From Malacoraja senta (taxonomy: Eukaryota), in the NCBI GenBank assembly GCA_038087875.1, contig CM075989.1, positions 6,076,001 to 6,140,000 on the forward strand: 64,000 nt of DNA. The letters are read 5' to 3'. Under the pieces are notes generated by a model, which was given only the letters and a program-made list of their open reading frames with translations, was not told the DNA's origin and did no database searches. The translations under genes and the position numbers were made by a program. This document shows positions 13,205 through 25,060 of the stretch, in pieces; position 1 is the first letter of the stretch, and each line of letters begins with the position of its first letter.

Positions 13205-13815
13205 TATGGACGTAGCATCATGGCCTACTACGGCAACCCGAACGCACAGCGACAAAAGGGATAACAGAAAATGCCCAGTCCACCATTACTGATCTCCGCC
13301 ATTTAAAGAGATCCATAGAAGGTGTTGCCCCAAACAGGGCAACTAATATCATCAAAGACCCACACTTTAATTTTGCACGTACCACTGGGAAGAATGTACA
13401 GGAGCCTGAAAGCATGACCACCAGGTTGGAGAAAGCTTATTTCCTGCAACCATCAGGCACTGTAACACGACACACCTCCCAACAACTATCATTTTCTATT
13501 GACTGCCTTTGGTTGCACTAAGGACTTCCGTTTTTGCACCAGAAATACGGTTATTAATTTATTGAAATTTAGTCTTATATATGGATAGGAAAGGTTTAGA
13601 GGGATGTGGACCAAACACGGGCATGTGGGAATAGTGTAGAAGGGGCATCTTGGTCAGTACGGGCAAGTGGGCCGAAGGGCCTGTTTCCATGCTGGATGGC
13701 TATATGACTCCACATTAACTATGTGCATTGTGTTTACAGGCCTGCTAAACTGCTGCAACAAGAGTCTCATTGTTCCTTTGACAGTATATATGGCAATTTA
13801 ACAATCTTGACTCGT
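13205..13815 (+). mobile_element. Rex1/Babar LINE 3' fragment with nested CR1 tail (~13578-13710)
   Basis: Decayed AYYGN...IIKDPH...GRMYRSLK..TTR homology to the 34755-35255 copy. Confidence 0.7.
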
Positions 13816-14149
13816 GACTCAGTGTTAGTGGCAGAGCAGCGTTGTTAACAGAGCTGTTTCCTCTTAGCTCCAGCAACTGGGATTCGACCCTGACCTTGGC
13901 TGCTGTCTGTGTGGAGTTTGCACAGTCTTTTCAGTGACCATGTGTGGGTTTCCCCAACTGACTCTGGGAGTGGGCACAGACTCGTGACGATGCAGGACAG
14001 GTCCGATGTTCTGGCAGCTGGTGGTCTGGCACTTCCTTTAATCCAGACAAAATTCCAAGAACGCACTTGAAATGGAACCCCCCCCCCCCTCCCGGAAGTC
14101 CCCCCGAAATGTAACGACAAGGCCAGGTCCATGCTGGTCACCAAGTACC

Positions 14150-14412
14150 AATCTACACTAATCCTACACAAATCCCATTCTATTCTCATATCTCAGCAAC
14201 TCCATCCAGATTCTACAACTCACCTATGCATTCGAGGCAATTTACCATGGGCCAATTGACTTACCAACCCACATGTCTTTGTGATGTGGGAGCAAGATAG
14301 AGTTTTCTTCATGTGGTTGTACAGAGAGAACTTGCAAACTCCACACGGACAGTACCCAAGGTCAGGATTAAACCTGGGTCGCTGAAATGGTGAGGCAGTA
14401 ACTCTGCCTCGT
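14150..14412 (-). mobile_element. Old V-SINE
   Basis: cttgcaaactccacacggacagtacccaaggtcaggattaaacctgggtc. Confidence 0.7.
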
Positions 14413-14587
14413 CACTCATCAGGTAAGTACAAAATTTGTTCACAGCCGCAAACAGCTTTAGGGTACTGAGGCATCAAGGTTATATTAGCAGCCTAGCTTA
14501 GATTTATGACCCAGAGACACAAGTTCGAATCCTACCACACCCACTGGAGAATCTGAATCCAATGAAGTAAATAAATCTGAAGTTATT

Positions 14588-14925
14588 GAAGACCCGGGTT
14601 TGATCCTGACTACGGGTGCTGTCTGTACGGAGGTTGTACATTCTCCCCGTGACCTGCCTAGGTTTTCCCTGAGATCTTCGGATTCCTCCCATACTCCAAA
14701 GACGCGCAGGTTTGTAGGTTAATTGGCTTGGTAAATATACAAATGTAAAATTGTCCCTTATTGTCCGCGCCGACCAGCGATCCCCGTACACTAGCACCAT
14801 CCTACACGCTGGGGACAATTTACACAAGTCAAATTAACCTACCAACTGTACGTCCTTGGAGTGTGGGAAGGAATCGGAGCACCCGGAAGAAACCCACGCG
14901 GTCACGGGGAGAACGGACAAACTCT
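14588..14925. mobile_element. Two V-SINE fragments, inverted
   Basis: Plus-strand V-domain at 14590-14760 abuts a minus-strand copy at 14762-14925. Confidence 0.8.
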
Positions 14926-15084
14926 GAACAATTAAGCGTAATTTTTCGCTATGGAACAAATTTCCCAATAATATGTCCGTATGGTATGCTTCATATCTGA
15001 GTTAAAGCCTGCAACACATCCCAAATCCAATTTATACCTTGGGAATAGTGGCTCGCAGCAATACTAAAAGCACTTGTAAAAGGA

Positions 15085-15362
15085 GAAATGACCTTTGTTT
15101 AAATAGAACCATACATGATTTAATGATGTCCCAAAACACTTAACAATCAAGGACAGACTTTCTGACGGTGTGCCAATGTTATAACATAGGAAATGTGACT
15201 GCCAATTTACACATAGCAAAGCCATGAGAAGAAGACAGTTTGGTGTTTGTGACCAGAAAGCCTCTGCTCTTCTTAGGATAGTTCGCTGGGAACTTTACCA
15301 TCCACCGGAGCAGTAACCAGGATCTCAGGTGAACACCTCACCTGAAAGGTGGTGCCTGTGAT
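15085..15362 (-). mobile_element. Deu-domain SINE relic (SacSINE1/AmnSINE1-like)
   Basis: cccaaaacacttaaca...taggaaatgtgactgccaatttacacatagcaa...ctgctcttctt...tgaaaggtggtgcc resembles the Deu-SINE consensus as I recall it; not aligned. Confidence 0.55.
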
Positions 15363-15400
15363 CAGGGTGGCACAGTGGCGCAGTGGTACAGTTGCTGCCT

Positions 15401-15715
15401 GACTGACTGTCCTGGGCCTCCTCCATTGTCAGAGTGAGGCCCAGCGCGAATTGGAGGAACAGCACCTCATATTTAGCTTGGGTAGTTTACACCCCAGCGG
15501 TATGAACATTGACTTCTCTAACTTCAAGTAGCCCTTGCTTTCCCTCTCTCTCCATCCCCTCTCCCTTCCAAGTTCTCCCACCAGTCTTACATTTTATCTC
15601 TGTACCACCCACTCCCCTGACATCAGTCTGAAGAAGGGTCTCGATCCGAAACGTCACCCATTCCTTCTCTCCAGAGATGCTGCCTGATCTGCTGAGTTAC
15701 TCCAGCATTTTGTGC
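15401..15715 (+). mobile_element. Penelope-like 3' fragment linking the GIY-YIG end to the hammerhead-bearing pLTR
   Basis: VLGLLHCQSEAQRELEEQHLIFSLGSLHPSGMNIDFSNFK*, then a pyrimidine tract, then ctgaagaagggtctcgatccgaaacgtc. Confidence 0.88.
15628..15655 (+). ncRNA. Minimal type I hammerhead ribozyme core (PLE-type)
   Basis: CUGAAGA-A-GGGU CUCG AUCC-GAAAC-GUC. Activity untested. Confidence 0.6.
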
Positions 15716-16091
15716 CTGCCTTACAGCGCCAGAGACCCGGGTTCGATCCTGACTATGGGTGCCGTCTGTACGGAGTTTGTACGTTCTCCCCGTGATCTGC
15801 GTGGGTTTTCTCCGGGAAGCTCCTGTTTCCTCCCGCACTCCAGAGGTGTACAGGTTTGTAGGCTAATTGGCTTGGAATAAATGTCAAATGCTTCGCTAGC
15901 GTGAGGCCGGGTTTGGTTCATAGCTCACACTCTACGGGAAGGTCCATGGTCCACATTGATAGAGTGGTCAAAGTTCAGACTCCAATGGAGTTAGCTGCTG
16001 CTAACTTGGGCTTTCAAGGTCAGTCTGGGGCCGAAGAGCTGAAGGCTTAAGAAAATGAAGAGTTGCTTCTGAAGAAGGGTATGAGGTGATA

Positions 16092-16575
16092 GGTTAGTTT
16101 AGAGATACCGATACAGCATGGAAACATCCCTTCGGCCCACAGAGTCCACGCCAACCACTGATCACCCGTACACTAGGTCTATGTTAGTCCACTTTTCCAT
16201 TCTATACACTAGGGGCAATGTACAGAAGCCAATTAACCTACAAACCAGCATGTCTTTGGAATAGACAATAGATGCAGGAGTAGGCCATTCAGCCCTTCGT
16301 GCCAGCACCGCCATTCAATTTGATCATGGCTGATCACCCCCAATCAGTACCCCGTTCCTGCCCTCTCCCCATATCCCCTGACTCCTCTATCTTTAAGAGC
16401 CCTATCTAGCTCTCTCTTGAAGAATGTGAGAGGAAACCGGAGCACCTGGAGAACACCCACGCGGTCACAGCGAGAACGCGTAAACTCCGCTCGGACAGCA
16501 TCCGTCGCCAGGATCGAACCTGGGAACCTGGCGCTGTGAGGCAGCAACTCTGCCTGCTGCGCCACCGTGCCGCCC
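16092..16575 (-). mobile_element. V-SINE with nested CR1 tail (16262-16421)
   Basis: SINE is interrupted at ...tctttgga by atagacaatagatgcagg...ctctcttgaa and resumes gaatgtgagaggaaacc. Confidence 0.85.
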
Positions 16576-17122
16576 CACTTGCCGGTTATGCCGGTTGGGG
16601 TGAGGATGAGGGGGGGGGAGAAGAACCGAGACCTGAGGTAGTTTGGAGGAGCATGAGATGGACAAGTTAGAGGGCATTGACCACACAATGGTTCACAATA
16701 AGTGCAACGTTGACATGCTATCTTTGGAGGGTAGAAGTGAGCGGAGGATCATGTTCTCAGTGTGATATCATTTGATCTTTTGATACATCTCGGACCTGCA
16801 TTCACATTTCCCTGCACCAGCGTTCTCCCGTCACATTGTGCGGTTTTGCTGCTGCTCTTGTGTATGTATGATGCATTTGGCAGTCACAGGGAAGGATCAT
16901 AGAATTACTCCATCTCAGCGACTCAGCATAATCCGACCGTCATCGGAAAACTGCTGAGGAACAGCTGCAGAGCGACAGAAATACAAAAGTCGCACGGCCC
17001 CGCGATGGAGTTTTCATTGTCATTTTCTTTATTGCCCTCGATGATCACCCGGTGATGAAAGCCCAGGGCGATTTATGAGGCATCGGTCTCAGTAACGGTT
17101 AGCTGCGGACTCTAATTGTGCC

Positions 17123-17390
17123 GGAAGGAACCGCAGATTCTGGCTTATTATGAGGATGGACACAAAGTGCTGGAGTAACTCAATGGGTCAGGCATGTTGG
17201 TACACGATAGGAGCAGAATTAGGTCATTCGGCCCGTCGTGTCTGCTCCGCCATTCAATCATGGCAGCATGTCTGATGAAAAAGGTTGGCTGAAGCTTCGG
17301 GTTGGAACCCTTCTTCAGACTGAAAGTAGAGTGGGGGGGGGGGGGGGGGAGGGGTGGAACTAGAGGTAGGAAATGGCAGGGCTTCAGTTG
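17123..17390 (-). mobile_element. Penelope-derived unit with nested CR1 tail piece (~17196-17262)
   Basis: ggaaggaaccgcagat...ctggagtaactcaatgggtcaggca ... cccttcttcagactga. Confidence 0.7.
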
Positions 17391-17825
17391 AGTTCCATCC
17401 TTTAGTACCATCGTACATCACTGTACCTCCATCACAAGCTTGTTTCAGAGAAGCACAGCATCGCTACAGGTTTAGAGGGATATGGGCCAAGCGCAGGCAG
17501 GTGGGACCAGTGTAGCTGGGACGTTGGCCGGTGTGGGCAAGTTGGGCTGAAGGGCCTGTTTCCACACTGTATGACTCTATGACTCTTAAGGCTGAGCTGT
17601 AGCCAGTAACTGATCCCGAAAAGGCAACGGGGAGACATGAGCAAATAGGTCCGAGGTTAACAAATAAATATAGTTCTATAGACATGACTGCAACTGCACA
17701 CTCTTGCAACTGTGATCCCGTATAGGGAGGAGTCAACTCGCAAATAAACATGGCACTGTAGACCTAACTGCAACTCCACTCTCTTCTGACAGAGACCTCC
17801 TCAAGGAAGAAGTCAACTTGCAGCA

Positions 17826-18152
17826 GTTTAGTTTAGTTTAGTTTAGAGATACGGCGCGGAAACAGACCCTTCGTCTCATCAAGTCCGCGCCGACAAGCGA
17901 TGCCCGCACACTTACACTATCCTACACATACCAGGGACAATTTTACATTTACACCAAGCCAATTAACCTACTAACCTGTACGTCTTTGGAGTGTGGGAGG
18001 AAACCGAAGATCTCGGAGAAAACCCACGCAGGTCACAGGGAGGACGTACAAACTCCGTACAGACATAACCCATAGTGGGGATCGAACCCGGGTCTCTGGC
18101 GCTGCAAACGCTGTAAGGCGGCAACTCTACCACTGCGCCACCGTGCCGCCCT
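17826..18152 (-). mobile_element. Full-length V-SINE (HE1-like)
   Basis: Minus strand gggcggcacggtggcgcagtgg A box, ggttcgatcc B box, V-domain and (CTAAA)n tail. Confidence 0.93.
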
Positions 18153-18920
18153 AAAATTGTATTTAATTGTATTTATTTTATTTTAGATCCAGATTGTTCT
18201 AATCTTCCTGATGATCCCATGTCATTCTGCAAAGGGTGCTGCATCATTCACTCCCCAAGTTCAAGTGCTGAAGAAGCCTGGCTCTGGCGGGGGAGGGGCA
18301 GGGGAGGGGCTGGGGAGGGGGGTGTTGTCCTTGGACTGCACAGGGTTACAGAAGCAATCTCCAGTGACCCTGACAGTGACAGACCAGATTATAGAGTCAT
18401 AGAGGCACACAGCATTGAAACAGGCCCTTCGTCCCAACTTGCCCATACTGACCAACATGCCCCATCTACAATAGTCCCACTTGCCCACGTTTGGGCCATA
18501 TCCCTCTAAACCTTTCCTGTCCTTGTAGCTGCCCAAATGTCTTTTAAATGTTGTTATAATACCTCCTCTGGCAGCTCGTTTCATCCACCCACCGCCCTCT
18601 GTGTAAATAATCGAGGTGAGGACACAATTTTCCTTTAAAACTGACACGGTAGTATTGGCATCAATTTTATCCTTGGTAGAAAACTTTGGGGGAAAGAATG
18701 CATATCCTATGGTGTAAAAGAGTCAATGGCGTAAAATACCTGTGCACTGCTCTGGAAACATATTGTTGTGTAGCTGGAAATCTACTCACAACTTACCCTC
18801 AGGCAGAGTCATATCAAGTCCCAAGAGGGAAATTCAATCTCTTATGTTCTAATTAGGTTTTCATTTTAATTAGAAAATGTTCTCAGGCGTTAACTCTCTC
18901 CTCCAAGATTATGTTAACAT

Positions 18921-20201
18921 TAGAGTCATAGAGTGATACAGCGTGGAAACAGGCTCTTCGGCCCAACTTGCCCACACCGACCAACCTATCCCAGCTACAC
19001 TAGTGTTAAAGAAGGAACTGCAGATGCTGGAAAATCGAAGGTACACAAAAATGCTGGAGAAACTCAGCGGGTGCAGCAGCATCTATGGAGCGAAGGAAAT
19101 AGGTAACGTTTCGGGCCGAAACCCTTATGAAGAAGGGTTTCGGCCCGAAACGTTACCTATTTCCTTCGCTCCATAGATGCTGCTGCACCCGCTGAGTTTC
19201 TCCAGCATTTTTGTGTACCAGCTACACTAGTCCCATTTGGTCCACATTCCTCCAAACCTGTCCTATCCATGTACCTGTCAAACAGTTTCTTAAACCTTGG
19301 GAAAGTCCCTGCCTCAATTATCTCCTCTGGCAGCTTGTTCTATGCATCCACCACCCTTTGTGTGAAAAGGTTACCCCTCAGATTCCTATTCAATCTTTTC
19401 CCCTTCACCTTAAACCTATGCCTTCCGGTCCTTGATTCACCTACTCTTTGCATCTACCCGATTTATTCCTCTCAGGATTTTATACACCTCAATAAGATCG
19501 CCCCTCATCCTCCTGCGCTCCAAGGAATAGACTTCCAGCCCATCCAACCTCTCCCTATTGCTCACACCCTCTAGACCTGGCAACATCCTCATAAATCTTC
19601 TCTGTACCCTTTCCAGCTTGACAACATCTTTCCTATAACATGGTGCCCAGAACTGAGCACATTACTCTAAATGCAGTTTCATCAACATCTTATACAACTG
19701 CAACATGGCCTCCCAACTTCTATACTCATTATTCTGACCGATGAAGGCCAAAGTGCCCAAGGTATTTTCTACCTGCGACTCCACCTTCAAGGAACCATGC
19801 ACCTGTACTCCTAGATCCCTATGCTCTACAACACTACCCAGAGCCCTACCATTCACTGTGTAGGTCCTGCCCATGTTAGATTTCCCAAAATGCAACAGCT
19901 CACATTTCCCCGTATTTAATTCCATCAACCATTCCTCCGCCCACCTGACCAATCGATCAAGATCCTGCTGCAATCTTTCACAACCATCTTCACTATCTGC
20001 AAAACCACCCACTTTTGTATCATCAGCAAACTTGGTAATATTGCCCTGTATGTTCTCATCCAAATCATTGATGTAGATGACAAACAGTAACGGGCCCAGC
20101 ACCGAACCCTGAGGCACACCACTAGTCACAGGCCTCCAGTCCGTGAAAAAACTTCCACCATCACCCTCAGCTTCCTTCCATGAAACCGATTTTCTATCCA
20201 A
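18921..20201 (-). pseudogene. CR1/HER1 LINE 5'-truncated copy with RT C-terminal half
   Basis: ORF 19662..20201(-) SGVPQGSVLGPLLFVIYINDL...KFADDTK. Decayed downstream, with a (CTATGACT) tail. Confidence 0.93.
19005..19217. mobile_element. Near-perfect fold-back Penelope-derived hammerhead unit nested in a CR1 tail
   Basis: ~86-bp inverted arms around a ~6-nt spacer. 14-bp TSD ccagctacactagt at 18991-19004 and 19218-19231. Confidence 0.92.
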
Positions 20202-20216
20202 TGGTACAACAGCATA

Positions 20217-20928
20217 GGTTCAGTCTAGTTTAGTTTAGAGATATAGCGTGGAAACATAAAAACATATAAACATAGAAAATAGGTGCAGGAGTAGGCCATT
20301 CGGCCCTTCGAGCCTGCACCGCCATTCAATATGATCACGACTGATCATCCAACTCAGTATCCTGTACCTGCCTTCTCTCCATACCCCCTGATCCCTTTAG
20401 CCACAAGGGCCACATCTAACTCTGTCTTAAATATAGCCAATGAACTGGCCTCAACTACCTTCTGTGGCAGAGAATTCCAGAGATTCACCACTCTCTGTGT
20501 AAAAAATGTTTTTCTCATCTCGGACCTAAAAGATTTCCCCTTATCCTTAAACTGTGAGCCCTTGTTCTGGACTTTCCCAACATCGGGAACAATCTTCCTG
20601 CATCTAGCCTGTCCAACCCCTTAAGAATTTTGTAAGTAAAACAGGCCCTTCGACCCACCGAGTCCGTGCCAACCAGCAATCACCGTGTACACTAGCACTA
20701 TCCTATACACCAGGGACAAGTTACAATTTTTAACCTGCAATTAAGCCAATTAACCTACAAACCTGTATGTCTTTAGGGTGTGGGAGGAAACCTGAGCACC
20801 CAGAGAAAACCCACACGGTCAAGGGAAGAACGTACTAACTCTGTATGGATGGCACCCGTAGTCAACATTGAACCCAGGTCTCTGACACTGAAAGGCAGCA
20901 ACTCTACTGCTGTGAGACTGTGCCACCC
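20217..20928 (-). mobile_element. V-SINE with nested CR1 3' end (~20256-20637)
   Basis: SINE tail gtggaaaca is interrupted by a (CTATGTTT)-type tailed CR1 and resumes aaacaggccc. Confidence 0.85.
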
Positions 20929-21305
20929 AGTTCCGACATGATTTTCACCCTCCCTGGTCTAAAAAATGATGGACCTTATTATCTCACAGAACAACTAGAT
21001 TTTGCCAACCTTATTTCCCCAAAGACAGTAAAAATGCTGGAGGAACTCAACGGGTCGGGCAGCATCTGTGCAAGAATGTGTAGAGTCTGTGTTTTGGATT
21101 CAGACCTTTTCGGACGAACTGGTTCAGTCTGAAGGGTTCCAACCTGAAACATCGTCTGTCTATTCCCTCCATGGATGCTGCCTGACTCACACAGAGTTTC
21201 TCCAGCACTTTGTGTTTTTGTTGCTCAGGATTCCAGCATCTGGATTTATTTTTGTCTTCATTTCCACAGAGGCTATGCTATTGAATAGCCTGACGCACAA
21301 GCACG

Positions 21306-21778
21306 TTAGACTTTATAGATTTTTAGACTTTTGAGATACAGCGCGGAAACAGGCCCATCGGCCCACCGGGTCCACGTCAACCAGCAACATCCCCATACAC
21401 TAGCACTATCCTACACACACGAGGGCAATTTACAATTTTACCGAAGCCAATTCACCTACAAACCTGCACACCTTCGGAATGTGGGAGGAAACTGGAGCAC
21501 CCGGAGAAAACCCAGGTGGTCACAGGGAGAATGAATGAATGAATGAAGTTTATTGGCCAAGTATTCACATACAAGGAATTTGCCTTGGTGCTCCGCCCGC
21601 ACGTGGCAACGTGACATACAGTGACAGTTAGGAATGACGCATAAAACATTAAAATTTAATAATAAAACATTATCGGTTAAACGTACAAAATCCGTACAGA
21701 CAGCATCCGTAGTCAGAATTGAACCTGGGTCTCTGGCACTGTAAGGCAGCAACTCATTTGCTGTGCCACCATGCCACC
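21306..21778 (-). mobile_element. V-SINE with nested Rex1-type tail (~21532-21679)
   Basis: SINE is broken at cacagggagaa by (TGAA)n gtttattggcc... and resumes acgtacaaaatccgtac. Confidence 0.85.
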
Positions 21779-22075
21779 ACAAGTCTTGATCTTCACTGAG
21801 TTTGCTGATCTCCAGTGGACCTAAATACAAGCTCTCGTGTATTCCAGGAAGCATTGCCTATGAAGGTCATGTTCCTACACACTCTCAGCTACTCAATCTC
21901 CGGGCCTGTCCAAGCTGTAGTTGCTCATCTCTGGTACATCTTGCATCTTGCTGCTTGCTGCTGTATCAAGGAGGTCACCAGACCAATTCCTGGAGAAGGG
22001 AAGGCTTTATCTATTTTTCTTTCAGCCCTCGGAGCAGGTCGTGTAAGAATTTGCATATTTAAACTGCAAGCTTTA

Positions 22076-22406
22076 TGAGCCTGTCCCACTTACACGACTT
22101 TTTCGGTGACTGCCGGCACCTTTCATAGGTTGTTACAGGTTGCCGAAAATTTTCAACATGTTGAAAATCCAGCGGCGATCAGAACAAGGTACGTCTCTTT
22201 GGGCGACAACTCACGACTATACAGGCTTCAACCTGTGACATGTCGCCAGGGTGTAGCCTGTATGGTCGTGAGTCGTCTCCTCAGTCACCCAAAGAGTCGT
22301 AGCATCTTTCTGGTTGCCGCTGAATTTTCAACATGTTGAACATTTTCGGAGACCTATGACGGGTGCCGGCAGTCGCCGAAAAAGTCGCGTAAGTGGGACA
22401 GGCCCT
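22076..22406. mobile_element. PIF/Harbinger-type MITE (third subfamily)
   Basis: TIR ..GCCTGTCCCACTTACRCGACTTTTTCGGYGACTGCCGGCACC. TTA at 22073-22075 and 22407-22409. Confidence 0.88.
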
Positions 22407-22639
22407 TTAGTGGGTTGCATTAATCTAGTATTGTTCCACAAGGCAACCTTCACCAGAAGGTGCTGGCTACAAACGTAAAGGTTTGCTGCGGCCCCCTTTG
22501 CACAATGAAAATACGTCATGTCCTTCCCGGTCTTCGCCAGCCTATCAATATCCCTTTGAACCCAGGGGAGCGCTCAATTCTCTAAGTAGCAACACTCTCC
22601 TGTAACTGGAAGAGTGCTGCTTCGATTGACTCCATCCTC

Positions 22640-22925
22640 AATGGTTCAACGATCCAATGGTTCTTTATAGTCACATATGCACTGCACGGTGAAATTATTG
22701 TTTTGCGTAGCTGTCACATGCACAGTCAGCATATTTTGATGCCATTTACAAAATTCCAAAGTCCACTGTCCAGTCCACATGCTGGAAGTACTGGAGCGCC
22801 CACAGCCCAGGTAAGCCCAGGTAAGCCCCAGCCCGTTGCAGGGCCTCCTCCGTCACCCTTGACCAGCTCGGCCAACATCCCTCTCCTCGCCCGACCACCT
22901 CTGTGTCCCAGAGCCCTCCTTCAAG
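22640..22925 (-). mobile_element. Dispersed repeat, probable non-LTR 3' fragment; second copy at ~42232-42490
   Basis: The two copies share ggtgaaattatt...tgcacagtca...tccaaagtcca...ggaagtactggagc...ccaggtaagcccaggtaagcccc. Confidence 0.65.
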
Positions 22926-23651
22926 GGCTGGCTGCCAATGTTGTAGCTCCAAGGTTAAGTACTGCACGATCGTACAATTGATCAATAGAATACACTGTCA
23001 TACATCTTTGCAGAAGGAAACTTGGCAAAGCTGTTTTGGAAATGTTGTCATTAAAGATCACGTTGTTTACGGGACTTTCATAAACGGTTCTCTGCTGATA
23101 CGCCATGCTGCTTTAATGTAGTTAAACTATTCCTTGGCTAAGCCCTTCTGCCAGGATGCTGCCTGAAAGATATAATGGAAGAGAAAGTAGACTGTGAAAT
23201 GGGCTCACAACAGATCCTCACCCACTTCGTTCTCCAAGTGACTCTGGCAAGGTAGATGACACTTAAGTCCCATCGAGAATAGCCTACAAAGCCCATTCGA
23301 TGTTTTAAACTGTGGACACTTGTTCAAAAAGATGGCTCGCCAACTCCTTCTTGGAGTAAGCAGGGAGAGTTGAGCAATAACTGCTGTCTAGCCAATGATG
23401 CAGAGAATAATTTCTATAAAGAAGACTTTTGGCTATTCCGCAGAATTTAATCAGAAGCAGACCCGATCCTTGTGATCGTACTGCAGATTAAAACAGTAAC
23501 CAGAGGCCCTCAATGGTTCTCCACTCTCTATCTTGCACTGGGGGTGAGAGTGCGCTACTGGGCTGGTGTGATTTGGGTGTGAATGTTTCATTGTTAGATG
23601 AGTGTACGCTGTGGTTTGACCTCGATACACAGTCTCCGCTGTCAGATGTGA

Positions 23652-24200
23652 GTTTAGTTTTGTTTAGAGATACAGCGCAAACAGGCACTTCAGCCAACCA
23701 GCGATCCCCACACACTAACACCATCCTACACACTAGGGGACAATTTACCATTTTTTATCAAAGCCAATTAAGCTGCAAACCTGTACCTCTTTGGAATGTG
23801 GGAGGAAACGGGAGATCCTGGAGAAAACCCACGCAGGTCACGGGTAGAACGTACAAACTCCGTACAGACAGTTCACCCGTAGTCAGGATCAAACCCGGGT
23901 CTCTGGCGCTGTAAGGCAGCAACTCTACCACTGTGCCACCGTGCCGCCCTATTGCCGAGTTGATTCGTTTTTATCTAGTTGTAGAGATACAGCGCAAAAA
24001 CAGACCCTTCAGCCCACCGAGTCCACGCCGATCAGAGATCCCCACACACTATCACCATCCTACACACACTCGGGGCAATTTGCAAAGTTACCAAAGCCAA
24101 TAAGCCTACAAACCTGTTCGGCTTTGGAGTGTGGGAGGAAACCGGAGATCCTGGGGAAAACCCACACAGGTTATAGGAAGAAAGTACAAACTCCGTGCAG
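23652..24200 (-). mobile_element. Two tandem V-SINEs (one full, one 5'-truncated)
   Basis: 23652-23950 has a complete head. 23975-24200 is truncated. Confidence 0.88.
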
Positions 24201-25060
24201 ACTGGCCCTCAATAAAGGATGTTGTGTTGGTAGTTCTCCCTCTGTGGTTTGCCTAATGAGTAGCAGTATTTAAAGCGTCTAAAGGCACGATTGCCGTCCT
24301 GTTCATTGAGGCAGGTTGACAAGCTCCACTGCGTTCAAAACACAGCTAGAACATAATAATAATAATACATTTTATTTATATAGCGCTTTTCAGGACTCAA
24401 AGTTATCTTCACTGCTCCAAGTTATGCTCCTATAAACTCGGTGTCTTCCTGTGGTTTATCCCTAACCAGGACTTGTTGTGCTGAAAGATTATCAATGCTC
24501 TGTCAGGGCAGAATAACCTATTGTGAAACCACTAAAGGCAACAATGGAATTTAAAGTCAGCTTGAACTAATGCTGGGGAAAAGCAACTCCAATAGAGGCA
24601 ATCTCCCCACAAGATAAGCCGAGAACATACGTCACTTTCCGCATTGATTTCCTCACTGTCATCACCTCCTCTCCAGCAGCAGGTCATAGAGACATCGAGT
24701 CATAGTGGAAACAGGCCCTTCGGCCCAACTTGCCCACACCGGCCAACATGTCCCAGCTACACTAGTCCCAGCTGCCCGCATTTGGCCCATATCCCTCCAA
24801 ACCTGTCCTATCATGTCCCTGTCTATTTCTTAAACGTTGGGATGGCCCCTGCCTCAACTACCTCCTCTGGCAGCTTGTTCCATACACCCACCAGATTCCT
24901 ATTAAATCTTTTTCCCCTTCACCTTAAACCTATGTCCTCTGGTCCTCAATTCCCCTACTCTGGGCAAGAGACTCTGTGCGTCTACGCCATATATTCCTCT
25001 CATGATGTTGTGCACCTCTATAAGATCACCCCTAATCCTCCTGCGCTCCAAGGAATAGAG
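23995..25060 (+). repeat. Local segmental duplication, copy A (copy B at 30172-31377)
   Basis: Collinear near-identity including ~480 bp of non-repeat DNA (gactggccctcaataaaggatg...cactgtcatcacctcctct). Confidence 0.95.

Larger units (their letters stand above)
15364..15880 (+). mobile_element. V-SINE split by a Penelope fragment
   Basis: Head at 15364-15400. Resumes ttacagcgccagagacccgggttcgatcc at 15721. Confidence 0.85.
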
